A stretch of 64,000 nt of DNA from Marinoscillum sp. (GTDB lineage Bacteria; Bacteroidota; Bacteroidia; Cytophagales; MED-G16), in contig JAYPVV010000002.1 of NCBI GenBank assembly GCA_038134805.1, positions 139,539 through 203,538 on the forward strand, in the 5' to 3' direction. Under the pieces are notes generated by a model. It had not been told where the DNA came from and ran no database searches. It saw only the letters and a program-made list of their open reading frames with translations. How positions within the stretch are numbered: the first letter of the stretch is position 1; each line of letters starts with the position of its first letter. The position numbers and the translations under genes were made by a program. Positions 59,711 to 64,000 of this stretch are shown piece by piece.

Positions 59711-60459
59711 TACCAGTCTGGTTTAGTCTTGTCTGTTTTTTTTGTAGGTTGTCTTTTTAGTTGTTGAATATACTGAAATTCATTGTTGTTTAAAGCATCA
59801 AGGATCATTTCAGCTTTCTTTTTGCTCATATTAATTTTTTTTAACCTCTCCTCTACGGTTTCTTCATTATTTTTATTCTCTCCTTCTTCATTTTTCTCTT
59901 CATTTTTCTCATTTTCCTTATTTTTCATCTCGTCTTTCTGTCCTTCTTGATCTTGATTCTTATTGTCAGAAGAGTTTTGTTTCTCATTTTTTTCTGAGTT
60001 TTCTTTATCATTCTTCTCCTGATTATTTTTTTGCTGATTTTGCTGAATTTTTTTCTTTACTAACTCATAATTAAATTTTGCATCGTCATTATCATTATCT
60101 GAAATAATAGATTGCTTATAAAAGCTAAGTGCTTCTTCCAGTTTTGATTTTTTCTCATTTATATTTCCTAATTGCTGAAGTGCAATTGACTTTACTTTTT
60201 GATCATCAGTGAGTGAAGCAAAATTATAGTTTTCAATAGCATTTAGAGTATCATTAGATAAAAGATAAGCGTGAGCAAGATTTAAATATACTTTTTCATT
60301 ATAATAATCTAATGAATCAATAAGTTGTCTATAATTTTCTATCGAAGTTTTGTAATCCTTATTTATAAAAGCATTTTCAGCAGATGATGTCAACTGATTT
60401 ATCTTGTCAATTCTATCGTTGATAATGACTGAAAATATAATATTCAAAATAAAAATCAC
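59710..60459 (-). CDS. BatC-like TPR protein with Lys/Glu/Asn-rich C-terminal region
   Basis: 249 aa with an N-terminal TM, TPR-like repeats (YKTSIENYRQL, LNLAHAYLLSND), and a long charged low-complexity stretch. Directly follows a BatB-like VWA gene with a 4-nt overlap. Confidence 0.6.
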   Translation of the reverse strand: MIFILNIIFSVIINDRIDKINQLTSSAENAFINKDYKTSIENYRQLIDSLDYYNEKVYLNLAHAYLLSNDTLNAIENYNFASLTDDQKVKSIALQQLGNINEKKSKLEEALSFYKQSIISDNDNDDAKFNYELVKKKIQQNQQKNNQEKNDKENSEKNEKQNSSDNKNQDQEGQKDEMKNKENEKNEEKNEEGENKNNEETVEERLKKINMSKKKAEMILDALNNNEFQYIQQLKRQPTKKTDKTKPDW

Positions 60460-61427
60460 AATCGAATTATTTTAAGGTTAAAAATAAAATCTATGAGCAT
60501 CAAAATTAAGGCTGCTAAGAGAAAATAAAAAAATTTATTATCACTTACATCAATAACTTTTGATTCTATGATATCTCCTTCAATATTATTAATTTGATAA
60601 ATAAGTTCGCTAGTTTGATTAATATTATTTGATATCTCAAAATAAGATCCTCCTGTTTCTCTTGCAGCATTTTTTAAAGAATTAGATGTCAATTTTGTAA
60701 TGACGTCATTCCCATTCATGTCCTTTTTATATTTTCCGTTACTATCTAAAATTTTACTGCCTATCTCACTGCCAACACCTACAGTATACAGTTTTATATT
60801 TGATTCTTTTATCTTATCTAAAGATACTTGAGTATCATCTCCAAAATCTTCTCCATCTGATATTAAGATAATTATTTTAGAATTTAAATCTACACTCTGA
60901 TTTTGTTGATTAATTAGTTTCGATAATGATAGTTCAAGAGGGGGCCCGAAATCTGTCCCTGAACTTGGAACAAGTCCTGTATTTAAAGTTTCAGTAAATA
61001 GATTTAAAGCATTTTTATCATATGTCATTGGACACTGTACATAAGCCTCACTTGAAAACATTATAATTCCAATTCTATCAGAGGAAAACTCATTAATTAT
61101 ATTTTTAATTTCAAACTTTATTTTTTCTAGTCTTGTTGGCTTGATGTCATCAGCATTCATTGACTCAGATAGGTCAACTAAGAGCATTATATCTTTTCCT
61201 ACAACATTTATTTCTTTTTTATTATCTCCGAAAGAAGGACCAAGCAGAGAAATTATTAATAAAGTAAAGTAGAATGATCTTAAAATAAATTTATAAAAGA
61301 CTTTCCTTTTATAGACTTTTATAGACTTATTAATGGAGTGGAGTCTTAATATATAGATAATATAAAATAAAATAAAACATGAAATAAGAACTAATTCGGT
61401 TCCTTCTATTGATTTTATAAAGTTCAT
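60456..61427 (-). CDS. VWA-domain membrane protein (BatA/BatB-like)
   Basis: 323 aa with two N-terminal TM segments, a VWA MIDAS motif (LLVDLSESMNADD), and a C-terminal TM (FFYFLLAALILMLIDFIF). Confidence 0.75.
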   Translation of the reverse strand: MNFIKSIEGTELVLISCFILFYIIYILRLHSINKSIKVYKRKVFYKFILRSFYFTLLIISLLGPSFGDNKKEINVVGKDIMLLVDLSESMNADDIKPTRLEKIKFEIKNIINEFSSDRIGIIMFSSEAYVQCPMTYDKNALNLFTETLNTGLVPSSGTDFGPPLELSLSKLINQQNQSVDLNSKIIILISDGEDFGDDTQVSLDKIKESNIKLYTVGVGSEIGSKILDSNGKYKKDMNGNDVITKLTSNSLKNAARETGGSYFEISNNINQTSELIYQINNIEGDIIESKVIDVSDNKFFYFLLAALILMLIDFIFNLKIIRL

Positions 61428-61537
61428 TTTGTAAAGCTAAGAATTTGAAAATTTTTAAAAAAAACTCTAATTGCTATTTAACCCTTTTTCACAATTAGAA
61501 ATATTAGAAAAAATTAATATCAAGAAAATGATGTAAT

Positions 61538-61545
61538 TATATTTG
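61538..61545 (+). promoter_or_regulatory. candidate -7 promoter box TATATTTG (TAnnTTTG) for tRNA-Ser
   Basis: Exact consensus match ending 12 nt upstream of the mature tRNA 5' end. Confidence 0.35.
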
Positions 61546-61556
61546 CCATTCAATAA

Positions 61557-61646
<90 letters not shown>

Positions 61647-61654
61647 ATCTTTAT

Positions 61655-62158
61655 CTATAAGATAATAGAGCTGCTATATTCAGTATCACACTTTACATCA
61701 AACTGAGATAATTGGACCAAAAAGAGAGAAAATACTGGAGTATAACCACCTAAATTTAAAACCTTGAATGCTCCATTTGCAGTACCTCCAGTTGCAAGTA
61801 CATCATCAAAAATTAAGACTTTACCCCGTCCTTCTTGAACTTGCATAACTGCCTCTCCATATTCTAATTTATGTCTAACGGTTTGTATTTTTCCAGGTAA
61901 TCTATCTGGTTTACTTCTTAATAACACTATTCCTTTATTTAATTTGTCTGCGAGAATGGACCCAATTAAAAAACCTCTAGATTCAATGAGAGCTAAATAG
62001 TCAAAATCTACATTTTTTATTTTTTCAAGGCAATCTTCAACTAACATTGATCTTGCTTTGGCATCCTTATAAATTGGGTTTAAATCAATATATTCTACTC
62101 CTTCAATTGGGAAGTCCTGAAAGAACTCAATTTTATTTTTTACGTATTTTAAATTCAT
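61655..62158 (-). CDS. apt: adenine phosphoribosyltransferase
   Basis: 167 aa with FQDFPIEGVEYIDLNPI and the PRTase motif VLIFDDVLATGGTA. Confidence 0.9.
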   Translation of the reverse strand: MNLKYVKNKIEFFQDFPIEGVEYIDLNPIYKDAKARSMLVEDCLEKIKNVDFDYLALIESRGFLIGSILADKLNKGIVLLRSKPDRLPGKIQTVRHKLEYGEAVMQVQEGRGKVLIFDDVLATGGTANGAFKVLNLGGYTPVFSLFLVQLSQFDVKCDTEYSSSIIL

Positions 62159-62212
62159 AATTTATTTGCAAAATTATCCTAAATAAAATTAATTAAAGCA
62201 TTTTTTTACTAT

Positions 62213-63115
62213 ATGCTTAAAATTTCATTCGATAAATCTTATATCTATCCTTTAGATAAAAATCATAGATTTCCAATGATAAAGTATGAGTTGATTCCAG
62301 AGCAGTTATTATTTGAAAATACATGTAAACAAGAAAACTTTTTCTCTCCCAGTGAAATTAAAGATGAAGATGTATTGCTTACACACGATAAAAATTATTA
62401 TTTAAGATTAGTAAAACAACAATTAACTAAATCGGAGCTGAGACCAATAGGTTTTCCAATGAGTAAGGAGTTAGTTAGAAGAGAGAAAATTATCTCTCAA
62501 GGTACAATTCAAAGTGCTCTCTTCTCAATTGAGCATGGTGTCTCTATGAATATAGCTGGTGGAACTCATCATGCATTTCATGACAGAGGTGAAGCTTTCT
62601 GTATGCTAAACGACCAAGCAATAGCTGCAAATTATTTACTAAAAAAAAAATTGTGTGATAAAATTTTAATTGTTGACCTTGATGTTCATCAGGGGAATGG
62701 GACAGCTTCAATCTTTAAAAATATCAATAATGTATTTACATTATCTTTCCATGGAAAAAACAACTATCCTTTTAAGAAAGAGATTAGCGATTTAGATATT
62801 TCATTTGAAGATGGTGTAGGAGATTTTTTTTATTTAAAAACTTTAAAAGAAATTTTACCCAAAGTTATTCAAGAGTTTGAACCAAATTTTATTTTTTATT
62901 TATCAGGGGTAGATATTTTAGAAAATGATAAACTTGGAAAACTTTGCCTTTCGATGGAGGGATGTAGAGAGAGGGATAAATTAGTTTTAGATTTATGTAA
63001 AACGAATAAAATACCAGTACAAATAAGTATGGGAGGTGGTTATTCTAAAGAATTAAAGGATATCATTGAAGCTCATTCTAATACTTTTAGACTTGCTCAA
63101 GAAATTTTCTTCTAA
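62213..63115 (+). CDS. histone deacetylase-family amidohydrolase
   Basis: 300 aa with GGTHHAFHDRGEAFCMLND, DLDVHQGNGT and GGGY, typical of the HDAC/AcuC/Aph family. Confidence 0.85.
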   Translation: MLKISFDKSYIYPLDKNHRFPMIKYELIPEQLLFENTCKQENFFSPSEIKDEDVLLTHDKNYYLRLVKQQLTKSELRPIGFPMSKELVRREKIISQGTIQSALFSIEHGVSMNIAGGTHHAFHDRGEAFCMLNDQAIAANYLLKKKLCDKILIVDLDVHQGNGTASIFKNINNVFTLSFHGKNNYPFKKEISDLDISFEDGVGDFFYLKTLKEILPKVIQEFEPNFIFYLSGVDILENDKLGKLCLSMEGCRERDKLVLDLCKTNKIPVQISMGGGYSKELKDIIEAHSNTFRLAQEIFF

Positions 63116-63133
63116 AAATTTTATATTAGACTT

Positions 63134-63826
63134 ATGAAAAAATATTTTTTTGAGTTCCTTGTCGTTTTTTTAGGTATTCTTTTGTCATTTATGATAGATA
63201 ACAGGCTTAAATATTCAGAGAAAGTCTCAAATAAAGATTTTCTTTTGAGCCAGTTGAGAGAGATCATTAAAGAAGATCAGCAGCAGCTATCAATAGTACA
63301 GAATACGCTTCGAGATTGTCTCGAATCAGTTTCGATATTAATTGATGATTATAAAATGAAAAATTTATCTGACTCTCTAATAGCTAAACACTTTTCAAAT
63401 GTTGCCTCTAAAATGTCAATTTCTTTTTTCCCTCAAAAAAGTATTTATAACCAGATTGCTCAATCAGAATATTTAGAATTGATAGGTGATGAAAAATTAA
63501 AAAGAAATTTAAGCTCATTGTATGAACACTTAGACGATAGAAATAATTCAGGAAGTCTAAAATTTGATCAATTCAATATGGAGTTTGATATAGCATTAAT
63601 TGATCTTGTGAAATATAGGATTGAAATGATTGAGGTAGATAATTCTGTTGATTTAGTGACCTCTGTTACAGATTATAAAGTTTCTAATAAATACAGACAA
63701 AATGATTTTGTTCTTGGGTATTATTATAATGCTGAAAAAATAGTTTATTTCTATCTTGAGCTACTCAAAAAATATGATGCTTTGATGAAAGAGATTATTT
63801 TACAACTTGAAGATTTAGAACAATAA
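63134..63826 (+). CDS. hypothetical N-terminally membrane-anchored helical protein
   Basis: 230 aa with an N-terminal TM (YFFEFLVVFLGILLSFMIDN). The rest is predicted helical. The N-terminus resembles flavobacterial DUF6090-type proteins from memory only. Confidence 0.45.
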   Translation: MKKYFFEFLVVFLGILLSFMIDNRLKYSEKVSNKDFLLSQLREIIKEDQQQLSIVQNTLRDCLESVSILIDDYKMKNLSDSLIAKHFSNVASKMSISFFPQKSIYNQIAQSEYLELIGDEKLKRNLSSLYEHLDDRNNSGSLKFDQFNMEFDIALIDLVKYRIEMIEVDNSVDLVTSVTDYKVSNKYRQNDFVLGYYYNAEKIVYFYLELLKKYDALMKEIILQLEDLEQ

Positions 63827-63844
63827 AATATAAATGCTTAATTA

Positions 63845-64000
63845 ATGAGAAATTTTTTTCTACTTTTTTTTCTATTACACTTTCAAAATTTATTTTCTCA
63901 GGATTATCTGAAGGTAGACTATAAAAATGAAAAAAGTTTTTTTTGGCGTGATAATGGTATTCTAAAATATAAGGGCAAAGTTTTTTCAGGTCAAATTTTT
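63845..64000 (+). CDS. hypothetical secreted protein, 3' truncated by window edge
   Basis: ATG at 63845. Translation reads MRNFFLLFFLLHFQNLFS|QDYLKVDYKNEKSFFWRDNGILKYKGKVFSGQIF, a signal peptide followed by Gln. The G/Y/K pattern hints at MORN/YwqK-like repeats. The ORF is open to the end of the window. Confidence 0.45.
   Translation, partial: MRNFFLLFFLLHFQNLFSQDYLKVDYKNEKSFFWRDNGILKYKGKVFSGQIF

Noticed and set aside
59850-60060. A repetitive-looking tract (ttctc/tcattttt units) that could be mistaken for a DNA repeat element.
   Set aside because: It is the antisense of the in-frame K/E/N-rich low-complexity tail of the BatC-like protein. The units are imperfect and do not form a discrete tandem repeat.
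61466-61499. Inverted repeat TCTAATTG-N18-CAATTAGA in the batB / tRNA-Ser divergent spacer, considered as a possible operator or hairpin.
   Set aside because: An 8-bp AT-rich stem with an 18-nt loop is weak and easily arises by chance in this composition. There is no second copy or supporting context.

Overview
By eye this window is roughly 70% A+T. It is an extremely gene-dense chromosomal core segment, most consistent with a streamlined member of Bacteroidota, class Flavobacteriia. That placement is an inference from gene content: a T9SS PorQ-like protein, the BamD-RpoZ-DUF4835 neighbourhood, a BatB/BatC pair, a CarboxypepD_reg-type TonB-dependent receptor, TAnnTTTG-like promoter boxes, and Gln right after predicted signal peptides. 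I call 65 protein-coding genes (2 cut by the window edges) and 2 tRNAs: Leu-GAG and Ser-GCU, neither with an encoded CCA. I found no rRNA, CRISPR array, transposase, integrase, phage gene or recognisable defence gene. From the ORF coordinates, only about 1.4 kb of 64 kb lies outside protein-coding sequence. The left 14 kb is a division/cell-wall (dcw) cluster, mraZ-rsmH-ftsL-ftsI-murE-mraY-ftsW-murG-ftsQ-ftsA-ftsZ, followed directly by dnaN. The rest is housekeeping: pyrR-pyrB, hslU, rseP, dxr, dnaA, purF, thiL, ispE, fabI, rpoZ, bamD, tilS, mdh, ppk1, alaS, ribE, purC and apt, interspersed with a few uncharacterised ORFs. I did not find a convincing self-contained novel multi-gene system. The observations most worth a second look are listed here. 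(1) murD and murC are cleanly absent from their canonical slots in the dcw cluster, and dnaN is docked onto its end. (2) A 10-bp-phased AAAGTGG direct-repeat array sits upstream of mraZ and is a likely MraZ operator. (3) Every junction where two CDS converge overlaps, which leaves no room for terminators. (4) A TonB receptor / unknown 194-aa basic protein / glutaminyl cyclase / SCP2 gene string occurs together with Gln at +1 of most signal peptides. (5) An orphan 538-aa protein overlaps a GT9 glycosyltransferase head to head by about 110 nt. (6) A GntP-family permease is translationally coupled to pyrR-pyrB. All functional calls rest on motif and family recognition by eye. No database search was run.
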